32,000 bases of DNA from Pyrodictium abyssi (GTDB lineage: Archaea; Thermoproteota; Thermoprotei_A; Sulfolobales; Pyrodictiaceae). The stretch is taken from positions 1,770,001-1,802,000 of the forward strand of contig NZ_AP028907.1 of the NCBI RefSeq assembly GCF_036323395.1, in the 5' to 3' direction. This document shows, piece by piece, positions 11,645-20,761 of this stretch. The notes under the pieces were generated by a model. It was not told the origin of the DNA, did no database searches, and saw only the letters and a list, made by a program, of their open reading frames with translations. Every line of letters begins with the position of its first letter. Within the stretch, counting starts at the first letter, position 1. Position numbers and translations under genes: made by a program.

Positions 11645-12062
11645 TTAATCTCATCCAATTAAGTTGAGCCACATGTTTAGCAAAAACGTCATTATTTTCA
11701 CAAAATTATAGGGTTACATTTAATACTACCTAACTACTAGCTATAATACGAACCTATATACTCTTTGGATCAACATACGATAAATTGTTTGTAGATAGAT
11801 ATAATGAATTTTGGTGTTACATGGTAAATGATATTACTGTTGTAGGACTGAGATTGATAATTCTGTACAGCAAGCATATAGCGATATGAAATTCAACCTA
11901 TTAATGAATCATCGTATATGTTAGTTTTTAAAGAATATAATACCTATATAGGACAACATTTCACTCATGCAACTATGGAGGCCACCAATCTATAGTAGGG
12001 GCTAAAATCGTGTGCTGGTCTGGAGGCGTTATATCGTAGGAGCTTCTTTGGGTGTGCGGGTT

Positions 12063-13178
12063 ATGGGTTCTGGGAAGGTTGTTGTCCTGGTTACTGGCTC
12101 CGGGTCCTCCGCTACTCCTAGCACCTTGTACTCGCTGCGGCGCAACCCTGAGGGGCGTCGTGTCCGGGTGGTGTGCACGGATATCCGGGACGGGGTTGCT
12201 GCCCGGTTTATGTGCGACGCTTTCTACCGGGTGCCCCGCGCCGGCGACCCCGGCTTCGTCGACGCTGTGCTGGAGATCGCGGGGAGGGAGGGCGTGGCTG
12301 TGGTGCTGCCGCAGGCTCCGGCGGAGCTGCCGGTGCTGGCGGCTGCGCGGGAGAGGCTGAGACGCGAGGGCGTTGCTGTGGCTGTGTCGAGGCCGAAGGC
12401 TGTGGCTACTGCGCTGGACAAGTACCGTATGCTCCGGGCGGCGGAGGGGCTTGGAGTGCCAGTGCCCAGGGTGTTCCTGGTGCACGACTGGGACGGGCTG
12501 GTGGGGGCTGCGGAGGAGCTCGGGTACCCGGATGAGCCCTTCGTTGTGCGTGTGGGTAGTGGGGATGGGATGAGGGGGTTCCGTGTCGTCGTGCCGCCTG
12601 GGCGTGCCCGGGAGTGGTTCCGGGGGGAGAGGCCTGGCGGGGCGCCGTGGACTACTCTCTCCGGGCTCAGGGAGATACTGGGCGGGGGGCGGTTCGAGGA
12701 GCCGGTGATGGTGGCGGAGTACCTGCCTGGCGTGGAGTACACTGTCGACGTGCTGGCGGGGGACGCCGGGAACGGGTACCGGGTGTACGCGGTTGTGCCG
12801 CGGCGCCGCCTCGAGATGCGGATCAGCATGACCTGGGTGGGGGTGGTCGAGGAGAGGAGGGACGTGATGGAGTACAGCGCTAGGCTCGCGGAGGGCCTGG
12901 GGCTCGAGTACGCGTTCGGCTTCCAGTTCCGGCTGGGCCGCGACGGGGTGCCCCGGCTGCTGGAGTGCAACCCCCGGATACAGAGCACGATGATAGCCTC
13001 CACCTTCGCGGGCGCCAACGTGGTCTGGGGCGCGGTGAAGCTCGCCCTAGGCGAGGAGCCCGGCCCCTACAGGGTGAGGTGGGGCACGCTGCTCCTCCGC
13101 TACTGGGGCGCCCTGGGCGTCCACCGGGGCGAGCTGGTAGCCAGCGACTGGGCCCTACACGCCGAGCAGCAGCAGTAG
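12063..13178 (+). CDS. ATP-grasp domain protein (carbamoyl-phosphate-synthase/PylC-like)
   Basis: PSTLYSLRRNPEGRRVRVVCTDIRDGVAARFMCDAFYRVP, KYRMLRAAEGLGVPVPRVFLV, PFVVRVGSGDGMRGF, VAEYLPGVEYTVDVLAG, LLECNPRIQSTM; ORF opens at 12012 but GTG 12054 or ATG 12063 is a likelier start. Confidence 0.85.
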   Translation: MGSGKVVVLVTGSGSSATPSTLYSLRRNPEGRRVRVVCTDIRDGVAARFMCDAFYRVPRAGDPGFVDAVLEIAGREGVAVVLPQAPAELPVLAAARERLRREGVAVAVSRPKAVATALDKYRMLRAAEGLGVPVPRVFLVHDWDGLVGAAEELGYPDEPFVVRVGSGDGMRGFRVVVPPGRAREWFRGERPGGAPWTTLSGLREILGGGRFEEPVMVAEYLPGVEYTVDVLAGDAGNGYRVYAVVPRRRLEMRISMTWVGVVEERRDVMEYSARLAEGLGLEYAFGFQFRLGRDGVPRLLECNPRIQSTMIASTFAGANVVWGAVKLALGEEPGPYRVRWGTLLLRYWGALGVHRGELVASDWALHAEQQQ

Positions 13179-13603
13179 GGGCCCCCGGGGGCGTGCCCTG
13201 CGTCGTGTACACCGGGTCCTCCTCGAGAGGCCCGGGCCTCGGGGCTGACAGCCCGGTTCCCCCGAGCCCCTGGGTGTAGCGCTGGCCGCCGGGGCGCTGC
13301 GCAGCGGCTGCCCTGGGCCTCTTCGACGTTGTGCTGGAGGCTGCGGGGGTGCCGGCGCTGTGTTGGTGTAGGCTCCTGTTGGGCTGCGGGTGTCCGCAGT
13401 TGTGCTGGGCGGTTACTGGATGCCCTGTTGCGGAGGGCTCGGGGGCCTGCTGCTCAACGGTGTTCCCGGGGGCTGTGCGCAGGTTCATGCCCGGGTACCT
13501 GGTGTATGGGGGTGAGGGCTCTGCATCGTCTCGGTCATGTAGTGTGGCTGTCTTGGTGCTGGACCTGGTCACGGAGCTTGGCAGGAGCTTGCTCCATGTA
13601 CAT

Positions 13604-14056
13604 CTATGTTTTCGCTTGATTAATCCTTGACAGTAGGGCGTTGTAGTCGCTTATATCATGGATGAAGTACGCTTCCACCCCGTATCTTCTTGCATTGCTG
13701 ACCATTACTCTGTCTGCGCTTACTAGTATAGCGGGGATGATGCTGGCAACCGCTATGTAGAACGCGTCTATAGCTCTACAACCCGTCGCCAGAGCGATGT
13801 CCACGAGCAGGTCATACTCTATTTCATCGATGACGATGACCTTGTTCATTATCTCGTCGTATAGCTTTTTGGCTATAGCTCTGGGTTTCCTCCGAGTCAG
13901 CTGCGAGGCAAGCTCTACACCAAACACCAGGGGCTCGATAATGTCGAGGCTATTCTCGTCGATAAGCCTGAATAGGTTGCGCGCCCTATTACTCCGCTCC
14001 TCATCGTATATGAAGAGGCGGTCGATGAAGACCGAGACATCAACCACTATGTTCAT
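13604..14056 (-). CDS. vapC: PIN-domain toxin (VapC-like)
   Basis: MNIVVDVSVFIDRLF start, GCRAIDAFYIAVASIIPAILVSADRVMV acidic residues. Confidence 0.88.
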   Translation of the reverse strand: MNIVVDVSVFIDRLFIYDEERSNRARNLFRLIDENSLDIIEPLVFGVELASQLTRRKPRAIAKKLYDEIMNKVIVIDEIEYDLLVDIALATGCRAIDAFYIAVASIIPAILVSADRVMVSNARRYGVEAYFIHDISDYNALLSRINQAKT

Positions 14057-14064
14057 AAGCCTTG

Positions 14065-14229
14065 CTACCTCCTCTCTTCGAGGAACTCCTCTAGCACATC
14101 CTCCTCAACCCTCTCAGCGTACTTTTCGAGCACCTCGTCAATACCCTTGGATATGCCGGCCCCTTTGGACCCGAGTAGCTTTCCTACAGCGCCTCTGGGC
14201 ACGCGAAGCCTCACAACACCGCTAGCCAC
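14065..14229 (-). CDS. Short antitoxin-like protein (54 aa) upstream of the PIN gene; not in the supplied ORF track
   Basis: Manual translation from GTG 14229: VASGVVRLRVPRGAVGKLLGSKGAGISKGIDEVLEKYAERVEEDVLEEFLEERR, stop TAG 9 nt before the PIN ATG. Confidence 0.75.
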   Translation of the reverse strand: MASGVVRLRVPRGAVGKLLGSKGAGISKGIDEVLEKYAERVEEDVLEEFLEERR

Positions 14230-15170
14230 GGGCCTCTACCACACGGTACTACTGCCTACTGAGCCTTCTTAACCCCCTCCCCCGGGGGCACCCTGAAGCC
14301 ACATGGCCAGATGACCGGGAGGAGTCGTAGCCCACAGCAGGGGTGGCAACGTTTTAAACCAGTCCCCAAGGACCTGGGGCAGCTAGCCCTATAGCCGTGT
14401 CCCCGTAATGCGGGTACCATGAGGGCGAGCCGCCCAGGATTAGGAGCCTCTGGGCCCGCCTGGCCCCCTGGGTGGCCACCCGGGAGGAGGCTGCCCGCGC
14501 GGGCCCTTCTACACGCCCGTCGAGCCCTACAAGCTCTTTACCCGCGGCCATGCACCCCTCTCTCACGAGGGCGCTCCTGTATGGGTTCTGGCTCTAGGCC
14601 TGGGGTTGCCCGGGAGCTCCTCGATGCTGCCCGGTGGATGCTCGAGTCTGGCCGGGTCGCGGCGGCTGCTGTGCTCGCGGCCGCCGCTCTCCTGGGCGGC
14701 CCGGCTGGCGCCGCTCTGGCCGCTCTCTCCGCCACAGCGCTGCTGGCTGGAGTAGACCTCGCGGTGCGCGGGGCGAGGGTCCACTAGATAGCCGGGGCCG
14801 GCGTCCCCTCTCCTTGTCCTCTCTGGGCTAGCCCGTCTAGCCCCGTGGCCTCCTTGGCGCTGCTGTCCCCGGGCAGCAGTGATGACGGCGGGACAAGGGG
14901 GGTGCCTCAATAGGGCTAGGAGCTGGAGCATTGCAAGGGCGGATATCCTGGCTCAACTAGCTAGGTATAGCCCGCATGTCCTGTAGTGTTTGATTGCCTT
15001 GTCTGGGTTAGGGGGCTTCTAGTGCTGCCTCCCGACGGTGTCCAGGGGAGAGTGTGTTCCAGTGTGCAGTGTATGCCTGGCTCCTAGGGTGCTGCAGGGC
15101 CGGTAGGAGGGGTATATGTGGGGCTCCCAGCTCCAGTGTACCCCTGGGGTGGCTCCGGGGGTTGGCTGTT

Positions 15171-15482
15171 GTGCGCGACAGGCGCACCATCGTGCTCGAC
15201 GAGGACGTGGCGGAGGAGCTGGGGCTAAGGCCCGGCGAGAGGCTAGAGGTGAGGAGAGAGGGGGATGTTATTGTGCTGCTGGAGGAGGGGGACTGGGTTG
15301 AGAAGCTTGTGAGAAGGTTTGAGGAGCGGTACGGGATGCCTACGGAGGAGTTCCTCGAGGCCTGGAGGCGCGGGGAGATACCGGAGCCCGAGGACCCGGA
15401 TCTACTCGCCGACTTTATGGAGTGGGAGGTGCTCGGGGAGCTGCGGCGGAGGAGGGGTGCGTGCCGGGGCTCCCGAGGATAA
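15171..15482 (+). CDS. AbrB/SpoVT-like or related antitoxin of the DUF6516 module
   Basis: RDRRTIVLDEDVAEELGLRPGERLEVRREGDVIVLLEEGDWVEKLVRRFEERYG; overlaps the next ORF; TTG 15162 is an alternative start. Confidence 0.7.
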   Translation: MRDRRTIVLDEDVAEELGLRPGERLEVRREGDVIVLLEEGDWVEKLVRRFEERYGMPTEEFLEAWRRGEIPEPEDPDLLADFMEWEVLGELRRRRGACRGSRG

Positions 15483-15823
15483 GGCGCGTCGCCGCGCTCC
15501 TCCGGGGCCGTGGCTATAGTGTTAGCCTCGTGAGAGCTGTGAGCCGGCCCGGCTTCTTCTCGTACCGGCTGAGGGCCCGGCGGAGAGGGGTTCTCATCTA
15601 CGTGAGCGAGGTCTGGCTGCAGGGGAGGCTGGCTAGGTATGCGTACACCCTTGTGGTCGGCGGGAGGGCTGTCCTCCGCTACGACAACGCGCCCCACCAC
15701 CCCGGGCTATCTACGTATCCGCACCACGTGCACCGGGAGGGGAGAGTCGAGCCCCTCGAGAGACCCAGCCTCGAGGGGTTCCTGGAGGAGGCTGAGACGC
15801 TCCTCCGCCGGAGAGGACTCTAG
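15461..15823 (+). CDS. DUF6516-family (TumE-like) putative toxin
   Basis: SRPGFFSYRLRARRRGVLIYVSEVWLQGRLARYAYTLVVGGRAVLRYDNAPHHPGLSTYPHHVHREG; pattern matches my recollection of TumE-like proteins. Confidence 0.7.
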   Translation: MPGLPRIRRVAALLRGRGYSVSLVRAVSRPGFFSYRLRARRRGVLIYVSEVWLQGRLARYAYTLVVGGRAVLRYDNAPHHPGLSTYPHHVHREGRVEPLERPSLEGFLEEAETLLRRRGL

Positions 15824-16139
15824 CCCACCGGCGGCAAGCACACCCCGGACCCCGCCTCGTACGGTGTGAGTGTCGGGGTGCATCCCCTCTTAGGTATTCT
15901 AGGGCTCTGGGCCCCGGCATCCCGGCTATGTCGAGAGCGCTGACACGTCTAATGCCAGCCTCATGGCCTCATCCCTCCTCGCGGCCGGCCCTTATGGCCT
16001 CGACTATCTCCTCTACGGGTATCCTGCCCAGGATACTCTGGACCCTCGCCCTGGCCTGGGCGTTGTCCTTGGCGCCCCTGGGGCCTGGGGGAGGGGCTAT
16101 ACGCGGCCCTCCCTCCCCCTACTGTAGGGGTGTAGATGA

Positions 16140-16331
16140 GTGTCTAGGGTTGTTGAGGCTGTGTACGAGAAGGATGTGCTGCGGCCTCTAGAGGACCCCG
16201 GCCTAGAGGAGGGTGAGAGGGTTAGGCTGGTTATTGTTAGACGTGACCTCTCCAGGTACCGGGGTGTTCTGGGTAGGGCTAGCTACAGGGAGCTGAAGAG
16301 GCTGGAGGATGAGGCGCAGCTACAGCCTTGA
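16140..16331 (+). CDS. DUF104/AF2212-like antitoxin
   Basis: VVEAVYEKDVLRPLEDPGLEEGERVRLVI is the typical AF2212-like signature; overlaps the downstream PIN ORF by 4 nt. Confidence 0.85.
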   Translation: MSRVVEAVYEKDVLRPLEDPGLEEGERVRLVIVRRDLSRYRGVLGRASYRELKRLEDEAQLQP

Positions 16332-16786
16332 CTGCTGGCCCGGTCTTTATCGATACTAACGTTTTCTACAATGTGCTGTTTGAGACGGAGTATGCCGAGG
16401 AGTCTCAGCGCCTCCTCGAGACTGTGCCGAGGCCCGTGACGTCCTACACTGTGGTGAACGAGCTCGTACTCGTCGTGGCCAGGAAGGCTGTTGAGAGGGA
16501 GCCCGGCGTTAGAAGCTACTACGGGTTTAGAGAGGTTATAGCGGAGAAGGGCTACGGGCCCGTATAGCGCTACATCGAGGAGGCGCTGGGCCTACTGAGG
16601 GACGCTGGCGTAGAGATAGTAGACGACCACCGCGATGTGAACGGGTGGCTAGAGATAATGAAGGCCTACGGCCTGCTGCCGAACGACGCGCAGATAGCCC
16701 TGACATGCAGACACTACGGGATAGAGACCATAGCTACCTTCGACGAGGACTTCAAGAGGGTCCCATGGCTACAAGTGGTGCCATAG
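16328..16786 (+). pseudogene. PIN-domain toxin with an in-frame TAG at 16565-16567
   Basis: MTAGPVFIDTNVFYNVLF ... EKGYGPV*RYIEEALGLLRDAGVEIV ... LPNDAQIALTCRHYGIETIATFDEDFKRVPWLQVVP in one continuous frame. Confidence 0.82.
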
Positions 16787-17185
16787 AAGGGCCGTGTAGG
16801 CTCTCCAGGCCCACCTAGGAGGGCCAGCGCCTCCCCGGGCAGCACCTGTGCGCTCAGAGCGTGCCCCCGTGGCGGGGTATAGAGCTGACAGTGGTCCTAG
16901 CCCTCCCTTGGCACCACCGCTGTCGTCTCTCCTTGGTGCTCCGCCTCCTTTTCGTGTCGTCATGGGGCTGAGGAGGAGAGTAGGCTGCTGGAGGAGGTTA
17001 GGGGGCTCCGCGGGAAGGTGAACAGGACGCTGCCGGCGGCGCTGCGGCGGTTGGCCCCCGGGGCCTACTCGGTTATTGCTGGGAGGAGGCTGCCCCGCGC
17101 TGGGCGGGGAGGCTAGCGTGGACGTGGCGTGGTAGCCTGCATGGCCTGGTGGGGCCGGGCTGCCGGGGGTTCGGGCGGCCCCGGC

Positions 17186-17647
17186 CTAGCCGGGGGTGCT
17201 AGGGGTAGGCGGTCCCGGGGCCCGGGGCTTGTTCTGGGCGTGTCTCTGGAGGCCTCTTAGCTCGTCTTTGGCGCGGAGGAGGAGGCTCCAGCGGAGCCCT
17301 GGCCGCCGCGTGAAGAGGGGCTGGCCTTTGCTGAGCACTGCTGCGCGGAAGCCCGGTGGGGCGTAGTCGAGTAGCTTTACGTCCACCGGGGCGCCGGCGA
17401 GCTTGGAGAGGAGTAGGCTGAGCGTGTAGGTGTAGTATGGCTCGTCGTGGTAGCTTATCCTGCCTGCCGTGTAGACTGCTACGTCTATGTCCCGGAATAG
17501 CCTGTGGCGCGTGAACCCCCCGTATATTAGTGCTAGGAGTATCTCCCTGTGCCTGCTGAGCTCCGATGCTATCAGCCTGGCGGTCTCTAGCCTGGCTCTA
17601 GGGGGCATACTGCGTGGTAGCGGCTTCTCCTCTAGCAGCCTCTTCAA
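17186..17647 (-). CDS. MNT-domain nucleotidyltransferase (MntA-like) antitoxin
   Basis: LALIYGGFTRHRLFRDIDVAVYTAG followed by APVDVKLLDYAPPGFRAAVLSKGQPLF; follows and overlaps the HEPN gene. Confidence 0.8.
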   Translation of the reverse strand: MKRLLEEKPLPRSMPPRARLETARLIASELSRHREILLALIYGGFTRHRLFRDIDVAVYTAGRISYHDEPYYTYTLSLLLSKLAGAPVDVKLLDYAPPGFRAAVLSKGQPLFTRRPGLRWSLLLRAKDELRGLQRHAQNKPRAPGPPTPSTPG

Positions 17648-18095
17648 TGCACTCCTCCAGTCTGTGGAGGAACTCCTCTACGGCTTTTATGCCTCCCCTA
17701 GCTGCCTCGTTGAGGGCCCTCAGGTCGTCTATGAACCAGTAGCGGTGGATTATCGCGTTGCGTAGCGCTGCTAGCCTGGCCATCTCCTCGCCTACACGGG
17801 CGGGTATGACCCCCGCCTCGATGAGCCTCAGGAAGGACTCGCGGTAGGATGAGGGAGGCTGCTCGAACAGCTTCTCTAGAAGCGCTACCGCGGCGTCTAC
17901 AGAGGCCTCGACGAGGAGTATTATGGCGTAGCGGAGCGAGTATCTCAGCGTCTTGTCCCTGGCCACCTCCTCGGCCGGCAGCCCAGCTAGGAACCTTAGC
18001 TGGTCAAGCGCCTCCCGCGCGTCGGCTAGGTAGCGGCGTATCGCCTCCACCTCCTCCGGGGAAAGCCTAGACCCAAGGCTGCCGCACACACCCAT
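17598..18095 (-). CDS. HEPN-domain toxin (HepT/DUF86-like)
   Basis: YLADAREALDQLRFLAGL, YAIILLVEASVDAAVALLEKL, and RNAIIHRYW (R-X4-H-X-Y); ATG at 18095 preferred over the extended ORF start at 18440. Confidence 0.87.
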   Translation of the reverse strand: MGVCGSLGSRLSPEEVEAIRRYLADAREALDQLRFLAGLPAEEVARDKTLRYSLRYAIILLVEASVDAAVALLEKLFEQPPSSYRESFLRLIEAGVIPARVGEEMARLAALRNAIIHRYWFIDDLRALNEAARGGIKAVEEFLHRLEECIEEAARGEAATTQYAP

Positions 18096-18579
18096 AGTAC
18101 ACTCCTCCGGCTCCCCGTCGACCGGTGGACACGGGGCTCCATGCCGAGCCTGCCGAGGCCGGTAGCCCCCGCTCACACTACCCCCGGGAGCAGCGCCCCG
18201 AGGGGCGAGACGCATTCCCCTCCATAACGCTGCAGAATGAGACCCGCATATCCTGCTCGCCGACCCCGTGCTGCTAGCCACTCGGGCGTTCCGTGCCCCG
18301 ACACCATTATGGGGCTGCGCGCCAGGCCCCGGGAGCTCCGTCGCTGATAAAAGATCTAGCCGAGGAGAGGAAGAAGCTAGAGGATGAAATCGAGAAGCTC
18401 CGGGACGAGAAGAGGCTGGAAGAGAAGGTGAACGCGACACTGGCGGAGCTGGAGGAGCCCAGGGCCCGGCTCGACGGGCTGCGGGGCGCCGTGAACGCCA
18501 CTACTGCGTGCAGTGGGGGCTCCGGGCTGCCTGGCCTCCGTGGCTGTGGCGGCGGGGAGGCTGCCCCGCGCGGGCGGGG

Positions 18580-19099
18580 CTAGAGGGTGTGGCCTCGGGG
18601 TGCCTGGTGCTGCCGGGGGCTGTAGGGCTTCATTCTCGCCTCCTGTGCTGCTTGGCTAGGAGCGCGTATGTACTGGTGGTATTCTTCCACCTTTTCCTCG
18701 GGGAAGGGTGTCTCCGCGTCCACCCCCTCTACTCTTGCCAGCTTCCTGTCCAGCGTGTATATCTTCTCCGCGTTGAGGCTCCGGGCTAGTGCTACAAGGT
18801 AGCCGTCCCACGACTCGATGCTGTAGGCTGCTGTGTCTAGGGCCTTTGCCGCTGGTGCGGCTTCTACGCTGGGGTAGAGCGCGGGTGAGCCCGTCTCAAG
18901 CATAGAGACTAGGACCTTCTTTACGGCGTGCCTCTGGACCCGGAGGTACCTCGTGGCTATGTGGTAGGCGCCGAGCACGGCTGTCACCGGTATTACCGCC
19001 CTCCGGCGGAGCGCTAGGACATCCTCCTAGGAACTCCACGGCGGGCCGGCGGAGCGGGTTCTCGAAGCACACGAGGACAACTATGCTGACGTCCACCAC
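18580..19099 (-). pseudogene. PIN-domain toxin split by a +1 frameshift near 19023-19029
   Basis: VVDVSIVVLVCFENPLRRPAVEFL in one frame and EDVLALRRRAVIPVTAVLGAYHIATRYL...AAYSIESWDGYLVALARSLNAEKIYTLDRKLARV in the next; removing one G gives VEFLEDVLAL. Confidence 0.8.
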
Positions 19100-19103
19100 C
19101 CCC

Positions 19104-19452
19104 TCAACGTACCCCGAGCTTGCGCTCCGCGTACTCACGCCCCATCCACTCCCACTCCTCCTCTACCCGGCCGCCAGCCTCCTCGGTGAACGGCTCTAGA
19201 CGCTCAGCCAGAGCCCGCTCCCTCCACCACGCGGCCCGCTCCCCCAGGTCCCCGGCCCCCCGGGGGCACAAGCTCCACCCAGCCACCCCGGACCCGCAGG
19301 ACCAGCCGCCCACCGTTCTCTAGGCCTAGTAGCCGGCGCACCTCAGCCGGGAGGACTAGCCTCCCACGCCGGTCCACCCGGACCTCGTACTCCCCGGAGC
19401 AAGCCGCGGCACAGAGCCACCCCCGGGCGAATCCTCCAGAGAAGACCCTCAC
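19104..19452 (-). pseudogene. AbrB-type antitoxin split by a one-base insertion near 19255-19261
   Basis: EYEVRVDRRGRLVLPAEVRRLLGLENGGRLVLRVRGGWVELVPPGG, then GDLGERAAWWRERALAERLEPFTEEAGGRVEEEWEWMGREYAERKLGVR in the alternate frame. Confidence 0.75.
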
Positions 19453-19575
19453 TAGGTATAACCTGGGGCCCCGCTATCGCTGTCTCCATCCCTTAGCGCT
19501 GCGGCCCTGTGCCGGGCGGCCCCGCCGGCGTGCCCCCGGGGGTTCTTGCCCCTTGTGGGCGCCCCCTGGCCGGGG

Positions 19576-20019
19576 CTAGCGGGGGTTCGCCCCGCGGGGC
19601 TGCTGGGCGAGGATGCAGGCCCATGTGGAGGGGCCGTCGAGGAGGATGCGTAGCCTGTTCAGCACCTCTCTCCCTACGAGGCGCTTGCCCCCGCCGTAGA
19701 GGGGCGTCTCGATGTAGACCTCGAGCCGCCGCCCCGCTACCTCGGCGACGGCGCGGGCCACTCTCATCGTGACGGTGTCTGCTAGCGTGCGGTAGGTCCT
19801 CCAGAGGCTCCGGGGCAGCTCGCCTATCATGAAGAACTCGTACTCGCCACGGGGCAGCATTATCGGGCCCTCGTACCCGGTGTCCACTTGGAGGGCTATC
19901 TCGCCGTACTCCTCCAGGGCCGCGTTGTAGAGGCGCAGACGGAGCATGGGGTAGGGGAGCCTCAGCCCCGGCGCGTAGCTCCAGCACTCTATGCCGGCTC
20001 CAGCGCCCCGCCCAGCCAC
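19576..20019 (-). CDS. Retropepsin-like clan AA aspartic protease (AF_0612-like)
   Basis: LRLRLYNAALEEYGEIALQVDTGYEGPIMLP (D-T-G motif) and C-terminal IETPLYGGGKRLVGREVLNRLRILLDGP; GTG start at 20019. Confidence 0.75.
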   Translation of the reverse strand: MAGRGAGAGIECWSYAPGLRLPYPMLRLRLYNAALEEYGEIALQVDTGYEGPIMLPRGEYEFFMIGELPRSLWRTYRTLADTVTMRVARAVAEVAGRRLEVYIETPLYGGGKRLVGREVLNRLRILLDGPSTWACILAQQPRGANPR

Positions 20020-20375
20020 TCGCCCCCTCCCCCGGCCTCGTCGTCCACACCCGGCCGCACCAGGACGGCCCTTCTCACCCCGCGACGGCGTAGCTCGCGC
20101 AGCGCCTCGGCGGCCTCCTCGAGGCTGGCGTAGACGCCTACTAGCCGGCCCCCGGCTATCACGACGTACATGCCGCGGGCCTCCCGGAGGAGCCGGGGCC
20201 GCAGCCGCTCCCACGCCTCATCGTCCACAGCCGAGTCCTCCACCACGGCGCCGCCGCGGAGCCAGAGCTCGATAGCCTCCTCCACGGCCTCGGAGGGCGA
20301 GAGGCCCCGGCGGGCAGCCTCGGCCTTAAGAAGCCTAACCTTCTCCGGAGATATCTTCTTCAGCACTAGAGGCAA
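19989..20375 (-). CDS. RHH-like N-terminus fused to a DUF5678-like segment; upstream partner of the protease
   Basis: PEKVRLLKAEAARRGLSPSEAVEEAIELWL followed by GMYVVIAGGRLVGVYASLEEAAEALRELRRRGVRRAVLVRPG; overlaps the protease start by about 30 nt. Confidence 0.65.
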   Translation of the reverse strand: MPLVLKKISPEKVRLLKAEAARRGLSPSEAVEEAIELWLRGGAVVEDSAVDDEAWERLRPRLLREARGMYVVIAGGRLVGVYASLEEAAEALRELRRRGVRRAVLVRPGVDDEAGGGGEWLGGALEPA

Positions 20376-20761
20376 CCCAGTCGCCCCGGGTACACCAGTA
20401 CACCCAGAACAGCGCTTTCAACCTATCCCCTGGCAGAGCCGAGCCCCAGGAGCGGCCCGGAGCGTAGGGCTATGCTTATCCCTCTCTGCCCGCTCTACAG
20501 CCACGGGGCAGAGAGGGCCCCCGGAGTGCCTCTGGTGGCCCGCCCCCTGGGAGCTGGAGGCCGGAGCCCGAGAAGGCCCGGATTACTCGCCGCCTAGCCC
20601 CCTGACCTCGCCTCCGAAGAGGCCTCGAGGAGCCTGCTCCTGGAGGCGCTGCTACGCGAAGCAGCCACACGGGAGGACGTGGAGAAGCTCGAGGAGAAGA
20701 TAGAGCAGAGGATGCACCGGATAGAAGAGAGGCTCGTAGACCGGAGAAAGAGCCGAGGGAG

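Noticed and set aside
13320-13560. Possible third ATP-grasp relic (FDVVLEAAGVPALCW)
   Set aside because: Similarity is limited to a short GC-rich stretch; too weak without an alignment.
12880-13572. 230-aa minus-strand ORF opposite the ATP-grasp 3' end
   Set aside because: Pro/Arg/Thr-rich shadow translation of GC-rich DNA with no domain pattern.
14419-14787. Plus-strand ORF with hydrophobic tail ARELLDAARWMLESGRVAAAAVLAAAALLGGPAGAALAALSATALLAGVDLAVRGARVH
   Set aside because: Only the last about 60 residues look protein-like, with no convincing start and no family match, so it may be a membrane-protein relic but is not supportable as a gene.
15008-15700. 230-aa minus-strand ORF opposite the DUF6516 module
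   Set aside because: Antisense shadow ORF, Ser/Pro-rich; the plus strand carries the coherent TA pair.
18096-18440. Extended N-terminus of the HEPN ORF
   Set aside because: The upstream residues are low-complexity; ATG at 18095 gives a normal HEPN length.
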